The position numbers and the translations under genes are program-made. Shown here one piece after another: positions 1 through 10,532 of a stretch of DNA of 30,630 bases (positions are counted from its first letter, which is position 1; each line of letters starts with the position of its first letter). The stretch is from NCBI GenBank assembly GCA_965237525.1, contig CBDEFO010000005.1:1-30630 (forward strand), given 5' to 3'. Below the pieces are notes generated by a model that did no database searches, was not told the origin of the DNA, and worked only from the letters and a program-made list of their open reading frames with translations. The stretch comes from Candidatus Latescibacterota bacterium (GTDB taxonomy: Bacteria; Latescibacterota; CBDEFO01).

Positions 1-2
1 CC

Positions 3-834
3 GCCCGGAATCGTGGCCGGCCCATCGCGCTGGGAGCAAGGGTGCTGCCGGTCCTCTCTGGCAACTTGGCTGCCGGCCTGGACGTGCCGACTTGGATAAG
101 AGAGGGACTGCTGGATTTCGTGGCACCCAACTTCTACATAGACCATCAGATGGACTCCGATAACCCATTTGAGTGGCTCGTAGATCTGGCGCGGCCGACA
201 GAATGTCAGGTCTATCCCCCGCTCCAGTACCGCGTCGAGAGCGCCGGAGAATATGCCGCGAGTGTTGAACACTACCGGGCAGGGGCAGCGTCATACTGGA
301 GCAGGGGCGCCGACGGTATATACGTGCCCCTGGTTCAACTGGCCTATCGGCGCCGAGCAGAGGCAGATCCTCTCCGAGATCCATGATCCTGATCTCCTGA
401 CGGAGAAGACAAAGCATTACGTGGTAAGACGCCTTCACGAGGAGGCCGCCAGCTACGGCTATACGGCCCAGTTGCCTTTGGAGTTGACCGTGGGGATGGA
501 CGTGCCCGGGCAGAGGCTGAAGTTTTTCCTTGCGGATGATCTTGAGAGGGGCTACACGTGCCTGAAGCTGCGGCTTGTGGGTTCGACCTCCCTCGATTCT
601 ATGACGGTCAGCCTGAACGGCAAAACGGTGTCCCCAGAGTTGTGCCGGCGGACAGAGCACCGTTACTTCTACACATGGCTGGAGTATTCGCTTCCGCGGG
701 GATTGCTGCACAGAGGCTACAACGAGCTGGGGCTTGCACTGCACACTCGGCCGCACAACCTGAAGGCTCAGGTCAGTTTGGAGAGCGTTGAGCTGGTTGT
801 GACGTATCCGGAAGTAAAGAGGGGCGAGCTTTAA
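3..834 (+). pseudogene. 5'-truncated glycoside-hydrolase-like (GHL10/UPF0748-type TIM barrel plus C-terminal beta domain) gene with a +1 frameshift at the C-run 327-330
   Basis: Frame 3 is open from the window start (ARNRGRPIALGARV...GLDVPTWIREGLLDFV...YRAGAASYWSRGADGIYVP). It continues naturally in frame 1 (WFNWPIG...LSEIHDPDLL..KTKHY) if one C of CCCC at 327-330 is removed. The GLDV.TW..EGL.D and GADGIY.FN motifs resemble GHL10-like proteins. This could be a real pseudogene or a sequencing error. Confidence 0.55.
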
Positions 835-904
835 GGGAAGGGAATAAGTAAGTTATCTCCTCAAGATAAGCTTACTCGTCTGAAACGATTCATCTGCTGA
901 ATTC

Positions 905-3241
905 TTAGAGCCTACCCACGACAAACAGGACATCAAAAAGATTAACTATGCCATCAGCCCCATCTCCTGTACCGTCCGCTGCATCCATAACGAATCTCGT
1001 AACTCTATCCGATCCTGATATCACATCCGGGACACCAGACTCAGAAATCCTTCTAAGAACTACATCCACTACAAAGTCCAAATCCTCCGTGCCAATCTCA
1101 CCGTCAGGTATTCCTCTGCCGGGAGGAAACTTTGACACATCCCCCATAATCCCCGTCACAGTCCGTATCATGAATCCTCCGTCACCTGTTAATCCAAAAT
1201 CAGAGCCCCGTCTCCACCGTGTCACTCCTCCGATTTCATCGAAAGTCCAACTCTTGCTTGGGTCAAGACCGATATTTACAGCTATTGAAGGACCTGTAAG
1301 AGAAGATAGCTCCATAGCTATGAACAGGGTCTGTCCCTGAGTTATTCCTAAACTGACTCTGCCATCTTCAAACCTTGTGAATCCTTCTGATGCAAGCTGA
1401 CTGAGACCTCCAGCAGGATCTATCACCTTACTTGTCAACAACACTCCCGGCTCACTGCCGCTGGTGTCAAAGACCTTCCCGACAAAAGGATTAAGTGCTA
1501 CAGTGACGTTATAGCTCACAGCCAACAGGCTATCTTCCAACGTCCCCGCAGTGTTGCTCTTAACTGTATCTATCAGGATCTCAATAGCTGCTCTGTCCCC
1601 CACAGCGTCAAAGGAGACAGTATCGGTTATCGCATCAATAGAAACAAAAGCGAATCCGTTACATAGCGTGTCTGCCTCACCGTCTGGATTTGCAACTATC
1701 ACATCTACAGTACCGGCAGGATGAAGGGGAATCACAGCGGTAATGATACTATTTGACACTACGACTACACTATCGGCTGCACTACCATCGAAAGTTACGG
1801 TCGCTCCGCTTTGGAAATTTCTCCCTGTTATCGTCACAGGCGTACTGCCCAATTCCGTTCCGGAAAGAGGATCAATAGATATCACAACAGGTACCTCCAG
1901 GACAATGAAGAGAATTTGACCGATCTCGGTGTTGTCGACGAATTCGCCGCGTACGGGGTCGAATTGGTCAGCGTAACCAGCGAACAATTCGCTGCCAACT
2001 CCCCGGGCAAATAGTGGTATCAGGGCATTAGTATGACCTATGCTATGCCATTCCATGCCGGGCAAGTTGCCTTGACCGTTGTTGACCAGAGTATTCCAGA
2101 CGGGTCCTGCTTCACCCTGTCCCGAACCAGGTCCGGTGAGATAACCGGTCTCGTGATCTCCAGTCACAATTACCAACGTCTCGTCCCAACTGCTATTATC
2201 TTCTACCCAGGCTACCACCGCTTCCGCGGCATTGTCAAAATCAATCTGCTCTTCGATCATGCGCCCCGATAGGTTTTCATGGCTGGCCCAATCAACGGCG
2301 CCACCTTCCACCATCAGGAAGAATCCGTCCGGATCGTTGTCGAGCACATTCAGCGCCGCCCGGGTCATCTCCTCCAACGTAGGTACTGTCTCCATCAGTG
2401 GAACGACGTACGGATCAGCACTGGGATCTCCTTCGCGCATCTCCTGCAGAGTCGACCGCACCTTCGGCACGCCGATAACTCGCTTGGGCGTTGCCCCCGA
2501 CATCAGAGACTGAAATTCAGATCGGTCCTGAATCAAGGTCCATGCATCTGCTACCCCATCACCGTCCGCATCGTTCCCAGCTGTGCCCACAATTAGAGCC
2601 TGCCAGGTAGACTCCCCACCTACGTACTTGAAGTTAGGGACACCCACAGCCATCCCATTGTCAAAGAAGTAGGGATGGCCAGTGCCCATGATCACGTCTA
2701 CCTTGCTGTCAAAAATCATTTCCTGGGCAATGTCAACGTAATTATCGCGGCTAACGTTATGCGCAACGAACCCGGCTGGAGTAGCGTGACTGAGCTGCAC
2801 ACTGGTAATCACCCCGGTGGCTTTACCTAACTCTTCGGATCTTTGGACGATGTTTTTCAGCGGCACTCCAGTGGCATCTACTCCGATAGCGCCGTTATTT
2901 GTCTTGACACCGGTCGCCATGGCGGTAGCCGCAGCCGCCGAATCCGTGAGTTTTTGCTTTTGATAGTCGAACTGACCCCAGGCTTCTTGAGGGTCATAGC
3001 TACCTCCGATAGCAAAGGTGGACATGGCATATTGTACTGGAAAGCCCTCGTACACCTGGACGCCTGTCTGACCATGCCGGTATATGCTCTCAGCATCAAC
3101 GTGATTGTAGCCCCAGCCATCGCAGATCAAAACAATAACGTTTAGGGGAACATTGGAGGGTGAAGCGAAGGCGTAAGATCCAGTACAAATTGAGGAAGCA
3201 AAAAGTATCGTTTTGAATAGGATTTTTGCATAATCTTTCAT
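905..3241 (-). CDS. Secreted alkaline phosphatase (PhoA family) with IPT/TIG domain and C-terminal dockerin-like repeats
   Basis: Signal peptide followed by the motifs ICDGWG, TDSAAAATAMATG (catalytic Ser), HATPA, EGGAVDWASH, GDHETG and GHTN. The IPT/TIG segment reads PVVISIDPLSG..GSTPVTITGRNF...GTVDVIVANPDG. Start placed at ATG 3241 behind an AGGAGAAG RBS. Confidence 0.9.
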   Translation of the reverse strand: MKDYAKILFKTILFASSICTGSYAFASPSNVPLNVIVLICDGWGYNHVDAESIYRHGQTGVQVYEGFPVQYAMSTFAIGGSYDPQEAWGQFDYQKQKLTDSAAAATAMATGVKTNNGAIGVDATGVPLKNIVQRSEELGKATGVITSVQLSHATPAGFVAHNVSRDNYVDIAQEMIFDSKVDVIMGTGHPYFFDNGMAVGVPNFKYVGGESTWQALIVGTAGNDADGDGVADAWTLIQDRSEFQSLMSGATPKRVIGVPKVRSTLQEMREGDPSADPYVVPLMETVPTLEEMTRAALNVLDNDPDGFFLMVEGGAVDWASHENLSGRMIEEQIDFDNAAEAVVAWVEDNSSWDETLVIVTGDHETGYLTGPGSGQGEAGPVWNTLVNNGQGNLPGMEWHSIGHTNALIPLFARGVGSELFAGYADQFDPVRGEFVDNTEIGQILFIVLEVPVVISIDPLSGTELGSTPVTITGRNFQSGATVTFDGSAADSVVVVSNSIITAVIPLHPAGTVDVIVANPDGEADTLCNGFAFVSIDAITDTVSFDAVGDRAAIEILIDTVKSNTAGTLEDSLLAVSYNVTVALNPFVGKVFDTSGSEPGVLLTSKVIDPAGGLSQLASEGFTRFEDGRVSLGITQGQTLFIAMELSSLTGPSIAVNIGLDPSKSWTFDEIGGVTRWRRGSDFGLTGDGGFMIRTVTGIMGDVSKFPPGRGIPDGEIGTEDLDFVVDVVLRRISESGVPDVISGSDRVTRFVMDAADGTGDGADGIVNLFDVLFVVGRL

Positions 3242-3276
3242 TCTTCTCCTTCTTTTATAGCATACCACACTTGAAA

Positions 3277-3495
3277 CCGAATAATTAGTTCACAAATTCG
3301 AGGCGTTTACCATCGCAGCGCATGGCACTACAGTCGTGTGTGTCGACACTACAGTAGAAAGGAACACCAAGACAGAAAAACTTACCAACTTCCCCTTCCA
3401 TTAGGGAATCATTAGATTCTTTTCTGAAGGGTGGTAATCAGCCTTGTGAGGTCAAATTCACTTTTTAAACGAAGTTTATGAATTAATCGGGTTAG
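3277..3495. mobile_element. Degenerate second copy of the MITE-like element at 13597-13832
   Basis: 3472-3495 (AAGTTTATGAATTAATCGGGTTAG) matches the reverse complement of 13597-13620 at 22/24. 3277-3296 (CCGAATAATT-agtt-CACAAA) resembles the other terminal repeat with a 4-bp insertion. Confidence 0.45.
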
Positions 3496-3595
3496 AAACT
3501 TATTCGGATGACTTCACGTTTATCGTGAGTCTACCACGCCGACTTGGAGTTATCCTACACCATCTCACGAACGAATATGCAATGCGTCAAAGATC

Positions 3596-4423
3596 TCACG
3601 CGTTAGGCGCATGTTGATCCCGGCGCGGTGGAATCTCTGTTCCTCTCAATTCTCTTATCAATTCAATGAGTCCCTCAATTGCCGCTTCCAGAAACTTCTC
3701 CCCTTTTTCAACTGTCGCCTTGGTCGCATCGCCCATCACGCCGCTTGCTGTCTGTGAACTCCAGTAGGGTATCAAACGAGCAGCGGAACCTTCAGGATGA
3801 GCGCCACCGGCCAGGATGTCGGTCTTGAAGCTGGGCGGAAGAGGCGATCTCTCATCAACAGCCTTGCTCATATCTACCCGCTCGGGTTGTAATGCAAGAT
3901 AGAGGGATGTTTCAAATTCCCCGGCATGTGACGTCCCTCCATAGTCCGATTCTCTTATAGCGTTACCAACTTCTTTGACTCTCCGAAGATCCCAGTGGTT
4001 GACCGATGCGCAGAGTATCTTTCCATGGTACTCCATATTGGATAATCGCGCCGAAAGGTCTAATGGGGAACTATTACTTCCGTGTCCGTTGACGACCAGA
4101 ATTCGCGTGAAACCGTGATGGGCAAGGCTGCAGCAGACATCCTTTACATATTTGATAAAGGTATCCCAACCGATCGTGATCGTGCCGTGGAAATCCATGT
4201 GATGTGGGCTGTAACCGTGTGTCACCGGGGGCGCTAAGATGGCTTCAGATGGGATGCGCGCCACCGCGCGTTCTGAGATCTGTGTGCAGAGGAGAACATC
4301 AGCATCCACAGGGAGGTGTGGACCGTGATCCTCGTATGTTGCAACGGGGAGGACTGCCACGCGATCCTGTTCCGCTGCCTCTTTGCACTCATACCAGATC
4401 ATTTCAGCATAGCGGTATTTCAT
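3596..4423 (-). CDS. Creatininase / creatinine amidohydrolase family protein
   Basis: Motifs LPVATYEDHGPHLPVDAD, GYSPHHMDFHGTI, NGHGSN, HAGEFETS and SGVMGDATKATVEKG. True start is ATG 4423 behind AAGGAG; the ORF-track 5' extension overlaps the upstream gene. Confidence 0.92.
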   Translation of the reverse strand: MKYRYAEMIWYECKEAAEQDRVAVLPVATYEDHGPHLPVDADVLLCTQISERAVARIPSEAILAPPVTHGYSPHHMDFHGTITIGWDTFIKYVKDVCCSLAHHGFTRILVVNGHGSNSSPLDLSARLSNMEYHGKILCASVNHWDLRRVKEVGNAIRESDYGGTSHAGEFETSLYLALQPERVDMSKAVDERSPLPPSFKTDILAGGAHPEGSAARLIPYWSSQTASGVMGDATKATVEKGEKFLEAAIEGLIELIRELRGTEIPPRRDQHAPNA

Positions 4424-4559
4424 ATCTCGCTCCTTGGTTTCAGGCGGGTTAGTGTTGTCAAACTGCCACACACCCGTGAGTCCCGGCAGCGTCTTGCGCC
4501 GACGCGGCGTCTTCAATCCGTTCCAGCCGATTCGACCAGCCCATTCGAATAGAGGAGGG

Positions 4560-5579
4560 TTACGATGCGTCCGGCGATGCTTCCAGCAGGGCGAGGAGAT
4601 CTTCGGCCTTCTTGCGCTTGGCCGGGTCAGGGTCGCGAGCGACAATCCGCTGAAGCACCGAAAAGGCGCGTGGGTCACCGTCCTCGGCCATTTCAAAGGC
4701 CAGGCGATCGCGCTTTTCCTGGTAGCTGCTGTCGTACGCCTTGACCTTCAAATCCCACTTTTGCCAGTAGTACTTCAACTCGCTGGGCGGCCAATCGGCG
4801 TAAATCTCCTCCCAGGTGTTCGGCTGGCTGTGCGGCTCCAGGCTGCCGGGCGAGATGGGGTCGCTGACTTTCTGGTACCTGCCGTCCACAGACATCCTCA
4901 GCCGTTCTGACGTGCAGGGCAGACCCTTGTGCACGGCCATGCTGTGAAAGATGAGCACGTCCGACTTCCTGAACGGATTGCTCACCCAGGTGCTTTCCAG
5001 GGGGTCGGTAACCTCCATCCCTCCGGCGCCTAAGGCCGGGCGAAAATCGTAGATCCCGTGCCGGTGCGAGCCGGCCGCAATCTGAAGGCCCCCTAATTCG
5101 GGCGGCACATCGCTCAACGGGATCCATGCGGTGTAGGTATCGGCGGTGCCCTGGATAGGGATAAAGTCCTGATGCGGCGGCGTGGTAAACGCCTCCCGCT
5201 GAGGGAAGATCGTCCTGCCGATGATGCGCGGGTGCGGCACCACCGGCTCGCCCAACATCCGCTCAAAGATCGCGATAAGGTTGGGGTGATGCTGCAGCGT
5301 GTGGAACTCCTGGAGCTTGTACATATGGTAATAGACCTGCATGTACTTCGGCTCCGGCTCGACACAAAAGCCGTTCAGGTCTGCAATGGCGTCTTCCAGA
5401 GATGTATCGGCCTTGACCCAACCCGCCTGACGCGCGATCTCAAGCAACTGCATCCGCAGGCTCTCCAACATATCGTCGGGCAGCAGGGAGCGGATGAACA
5501 GGTACCCGTCTTTCTGCATGCGCTTCTGCAGTTCAGAAGCGTTGTCTATGATGTCTGTCGAATCCAGAAAAGGTTGCAT
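4560..5579 (-). CDS. Phytanoyl-CoA dioxygenase (PhyH) family Fe(II)/2-oxoglutarate oxygenase
   Basis: Motifs DGYLFIR, TPPHQD (HxD), TAWIPL, GGLQIAAGSH, DVLIFHSMAVHKG (distal His) and RMSVDGRY. Confidence 0.9.
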   Translation of the reverse strand: MQPFLDSTDIIDNASELQKRMQKDGYLFIRSLLPDDMLESLRMQLLEIARQAGWVKADTSLEDAIADLNGFCVEPEPKYMQVYYHMYKLQEFHTLQHHPNLIAIFERMLGEPVVPHPRIIGRTIFPQREAFTTPPHQDFIPIQGTADTYTAWIPLSDVPPELGGLQIAAGSHRHGIYDFRPALGAGGMEVTDPLESTWVSNPFRKSDVLIFHSMAVHKGLPCTSERLRMSVDGRYQKVSDPISPGSLEPHSQPNTWEEIYADWPPSELKYYWQKWDLKVKAYDSSYQEKRDRLAFEMAEDGDPRAFSVLQRIVARDPDPAKRKKAEDLLALLEASPDAS

Positions 5580-5959
5580 GTGTTGCTCTCCGTATGAGGG
5601 TTTCAGGGGATGGACTGTGCTGTTGCAGGATAGACAGGGAATTACTTTCCTACAGGTGAAGCCCCTGCCGGTTTATCGCCTTTAGCACCCAGAATTTCCA
5701 CGATTACCCACCCAGATACTGCGTCGGCGTTGATTAACGGCTTCTTTCCACTGAGGGTAATGGATTCGCCTGGTGTTATTGGCAGCAGGCCAGACGATGA
5801 ATATGCTCCAGTAAGTAAGCAATCCAGTTTTCAGAAAATCCAGGATCTTGCATCTCTATTGCCCTTATGCTATTAAGCCTAATACCGTTAAGCCACTTCA
5901 GCCGCAGACGAATCGTGCACCGAATTGGCAATCTGCTGCAAGAGACAGTTAGAGATCCA

Positions 5960-6430
5960 CTATGTAAAGTACGTAAGAACCTGCTTGGCGAACTTCTCCC
6001 ACCCCACGGCAGTAAGCGCTATCGGACGAACTCGGCGTACGGTATTAAACGCCTCGTTAGGAGACAGACCAGAATGCTGCATGAGGAAATAACAGAGGAA
6101 AAGCCCCGTTCTATCTTTGCCCGCGGAGCAGTGAACCAAGACTCCACGATCCTCCTCTATCTGCGCTCTGACGAACTCATAGGCTTTAGGGAGGGCGTCC
6201 AGGCAGATTTTGTCGTCACCTGGAAGTGGAGGTGCGTGGTTGGACAAGGGCACACAGGCGTAGCTAATATCATATGCATGGAAGTCCTCCCGATTGCACA
6301 ACAGGTCGTCGTTCACAGACAGGACAGCGCCAATGCCGCCCTCTCGCAAAGATTTCAGGTTCCATGGATACTGATCAGGCCCAGCCCGACCAGCCAATTT
6401 TTCAGGTATTACCCAGAATAGTTTGTCCAT
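5960..6430 (-). CDS. Dual-specificity / protein-tyrosine phosphatase family protein
   Basis: P-loop VLVHCSAGKDRTG (HCX5R), N-terminal WVIPEKLAG, C-terminal VRRVRP, and a GGGGAG RBS. Confidence 0.92.
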   Translation of the reverse strand: MDKLFWVIPEKLAGRAGPDQYPWNLKSLREGGIGAVLSVNDDLLCNREDFHAYDISYACVPLSNHAPPLPGDDKICLDALPKAYEFVRAQIEEDRGVLVHCSAGKDRTGLFLCYFLMQHSGLSPNEAFNTVRRVRPIALTAVGWEKFAKQVLTYFT

Positions 6431-6899
6431 TGTTTCTCCCCAATTTAAGCAACCGGAAACAAGTAGATAGAGCTACCCCCTGCTCCTCCCTATCTGCTAA
6501 TCTTGTAACTACCTCGTCATGTGGGGGATGAAGACAGTAAAAATGGGTCAGAGTGCAGTCTTGTAGCAACCGCCATAAGTGAGCTAATCACACCTTAGCG
6601 TTTTCACTCTGATATGGTTCACAAGATAGGACAAAACATGATAAATGTCAATGAAAATCCTGCAGGCATTGGCAGACAGAAAGGTATGTATTATCTTGAA
6701 AATTATCTACACTTAACAGGTAGTAGATACGCCCCACCTACCGTCCACTGGAAACGTGGATGCACTATGCTGACGCTTGTTGCTCACAGGGGATTTTCCG
6801 GTGGGATATTGAGGGACTATCTGGATCTGTTGCCGTCAGATCAGAGGGAATCAGGATCCAGAAAATTCGTGTGGCGGCTGTTCAACTGGCATTTTTCTA

Positions 6900-6928
6900 T
6901 TGACATCCAGAAAAGGATTAATTATATT
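6900..6928 (+). promoter_or_regulatory. Sigma70-type promoter of the pyr operon
   Basis: TTGACA (6900-6905), 17-bp spacer, TATATT (6923-6928), upstream of the PyrR leader. Confidence 0.75.
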
Positions 6929-7023
6929 TGTTTGTAACAAGAAAACTTGGGCGTTCTGTCCAAAGGCATAATTTTTTATCTACCGTCTACTCTAATACAC
7001 ATTGGGTGCGATGAAAAAGGCGA

Positions 7024-7052
7024 CTTTAATCTGGTCCAGAGAGACCAGCAAG
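7024..7052 (+). promoter_or_regulatory. PyrR-binding loop (anti-antiterminator) of the pyr attenuator
   Basis: CTTTAA followed by hairpin CTGGTC-CAGAGA-GACCAG, matching the PyrR site signature (CUUUAA...UCCAGAGAG), directly upstream of pyrR. Confidence 0.88.
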
Positions 7053-7076
7053 TGGCTGACATGCTATCAGGAGCAC

Positions 7077-7114
7077 AAATGCTCTCTTGTCTTTTATGAC
7101 ATGAGGGCATTTTT
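7077..7114 (+). terminator. Attenuator terminator in the pyr leader
   Basis: Stem AAATGCTCTC-TTGTC / GACA-T-GAGGGCATTT followed by a T-tract, about 25 nt after the PyrR loop. Confidence 0.75.
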
Positions 7115-7186
7115 GTATCCAGCTTAACAACTGACAGGGTGCCTCAACTCCCTGTATCTGTCTACTGTCCACTATTGGAGAGGTGA

Positions 7187-8751
<1,565 letters not shown>

Positions 8752-8764
8752 ACAGGAAACGTCA

Positions 8765-8790
8765 GTAGGGGCAAACCTGTGTGTTCGCCC
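8765..8790 (+). repeat. GTAG-type REP (GTAGGGGCAAACCTGTGTGTTCGCCC)
   Basis: GTAG 5' motif plus an imperfect palindrome; related copies at 10344 and 29429. Confidence 0.75.
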
Positions 8791-8823
8791 AGTAGATTGG
8801 TACATCCGCCCGGTCCTTGTGAT

Positions 8824-8844
8824 CCCCGATTGAGTCTATCGGGG
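8824..8844. repeat. 21-bp hairpin unit CCCCGATTGAGTCTATCGGGG
   Basis: Near-identical units at 12150-12170 (inverted), 12340-12360 and 23535-23555. Confidence 0.8.
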
Positions 8845-8968
8845 AACGGGGAAGCCCAGAGCGAAGCGAAGGGCCTGCGAAGTTCTAGTGAAGCGATCTT
8901 ATGTTGCAGTTACAACAGATTACAGCACTGCAGATAGGGGCAAAAGCCAGTAGATTCCTGGAGGGATA

Positions 8969-10327
8969 GTGTCAAGTAGTTCAAAAGGATATAGAGGGAT
9001 CCTGATCAAAGGCGGGAAAGTTTTAGATCCGGCCATTGGTCTGGAGAGCGAAAAGGATGTATTGATCGAGGACGGGACTATAAAGAAAATAGATAGAGAC
9101 ATCGCCGAAGAAGACGGTCTGGAGGTCATAAAGGCAAAAGGTTTAGTCGTAACACCAGGGCTTATAGATATGCACGTTCATCTGAGGGAGCCGGGCAGGG
9201 AGGACGAAGAGACGATAGCTTCGGGGACGGACGCTGCTGCGGCTGGAGGGTTTACGGCTGTGGCCTGCCTGCCGAACACAGAGCCGCCTATCGATAATGC
9301 CGGCATCGTGAGGTCTGTGATAGAAAGAGCGCAAGGAGCAAGAGCAAAGGTCTATCCCATAGCGGCGATCACCAAGGGACAGGCGGGCGCAGAGTTGACA
9401 GAGATGGGCGATCTTGTGGACGCCGGGGCGGTAGGGTTCTCAGACGACGGCCTCCCCGTGGAGGACGCCTCTGTGATGAGGAACGCACTGGAGTACTCCG
9501 GAATGTTCAACGTCCCGATCTTGACTCACTCGGAGATAAGATCTTTGACAGAGGGCGGCCATATGAACGAGGGGCGCTGCTCGTCTATCTTGGGAATCAA
9601 GGGAATGCCAAGAGAAGCTGAAGAGTTGATGATCGCCCGGGATATTTCTCTGGTCGAAAAGACAAAGGGTGGTGCGAGCACTTCGTGCATTGCTGCCACA
9701 ACCTCGTCCACCTTGCCCACTCCGTGCAGACTCCATGTCCTGCATGTCAGCACAAAGGGCTCTGTGGAGCTGATCAGAGAGGCGAAGAAGAGAGACCTCC
9801 CCGTAACATGCGAGGCGACACCCCATCATTTTACCCTCACCGAGGATGAGGTAATGACGTTCAACACGAACGCCAAAATGAGCCCGCCTTTGAGGACAGC
9901 GGAGGATATTGAAGAGATTAGGTGCGGCCTGAACGACGGCACAATTGACGCCATAGCGACCGATCACGCCCCACATTCAAGGGAGGAGAAGGAGACCGAA
10001 TTTGAGGAGGCGCCCTTCGGGATATTGGGACTTGAGACGGCCCTTGGATTGGTAATCACGCAGTTAGTGGAGCCTGAAATTCTGTCCCTGAGCGAGGCGA
10101 TATATAAAATGACCGTTGCACCTGCCAGGATACTCGGAATTGAAGGAGGAGAATTGAGGATAGGTGGAAAGGCCCACGTTACGATTATCGATCCCAATAT
10201 GGAGTGGACTGTGGACGTGGAAAGCTTCAAGTCACTCTCAAAGAATAGCCCGTTTGACGGGATGAAATTGAAGGGCAGGGCAGTAGCAACTATCCTTGAC
10301 GGGGAAATCGTGCACAGGATTCAGTAA
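8969..10327 (+). CDS. pyrC: Dihydroorotase (type I, long form)
   Basis: Motifs PGLIDMHVHLREPG, AAAAGGFT, LPNTEP, LHVLHVST, CEATPHH, KMSPPLR, ATDHAPH and APFGILGLET. GTG start after GGAGG. Confidence 0.96.
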   Translation: MSSSSKGYRGILIKGGKVLDPAIGLESEKDVLIEDGTIKKIDRDIAEEDGLEVIKAKGLVVTPGLIDMHVHLREPGREDEETIASGTDAAAAGGFTAVACLPNTEPPIDNAGIVRSVIERAQGARAKVYPIAAITKGQAGAELTEMGDLVDAGAVGFSDDGLPVEDASVMRNALEYSGMFNVPILTHSEIRSLTEGGHMNEGRCSSILGIKGMPREAEELMIARDISLVEKTKGGASTSCIAATTSSTLPTPCRLHVLHVSTKGSVELIREAKKRDLPVTCEATPHHFTLTEDEVMTFNTNAKMSPPLRTAEDIEEIRCGLNDGTIDAIATDHAPHSREEKETEFEEAPFGILGLETALGLVITQLVEPEILSLSEAIYKMTVAPARILGIEGGELRIGGKAHVTIIDPNMEWTVDVESFKSLSKNSPFDGMKLKGRAVATILDGEIVHRIQ

Positions 10328-10343
10328 CAGTAGATAACGTACA

Positions 10344-10369
10344 GTGGGGGCAGACCCGTGTGTCTGCCC
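10344..10369 (+). repeat. GTAG-type REP variant (GTGGGGGCAGACCCGTGTGTCTGCCC)
   Basis: Stem GGGCAGAC/GTCTGCCC; same family as 8765 and 29429. Confidence 0.7.
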
Positions 10370-10532
10370 TGGTTAGTGGGGTAATTCCTGGTTTTGTAGC
10401 GGCAAGATCAGCTCACCCCAAGGGCATTGAAACACTGTCCCCACATTAATTTTGCAGCGTAACGTTGCTCATATAGTCAGAACACGTGGTTTCACCCCCT
10501 ACAGATGTCTACGTAAAGGCGAAGGGAAAGTG

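Noticed and set aside
4424..4696. 91-aa N-terminal extension of the creatininase ORF, including a sugar-transferase-like LPGLTGVWQ peptide
   Set aside because: It overlaps the PhyH gene, ATG 4423 has a good RBS, and the 9-aa similarity is too short to support a remnant.
6614..6937. 107-aa ORF upstream of pyrR
   Set aside because: No recognisable full domain, and it runs through the pyr promoter; probably not a gene.
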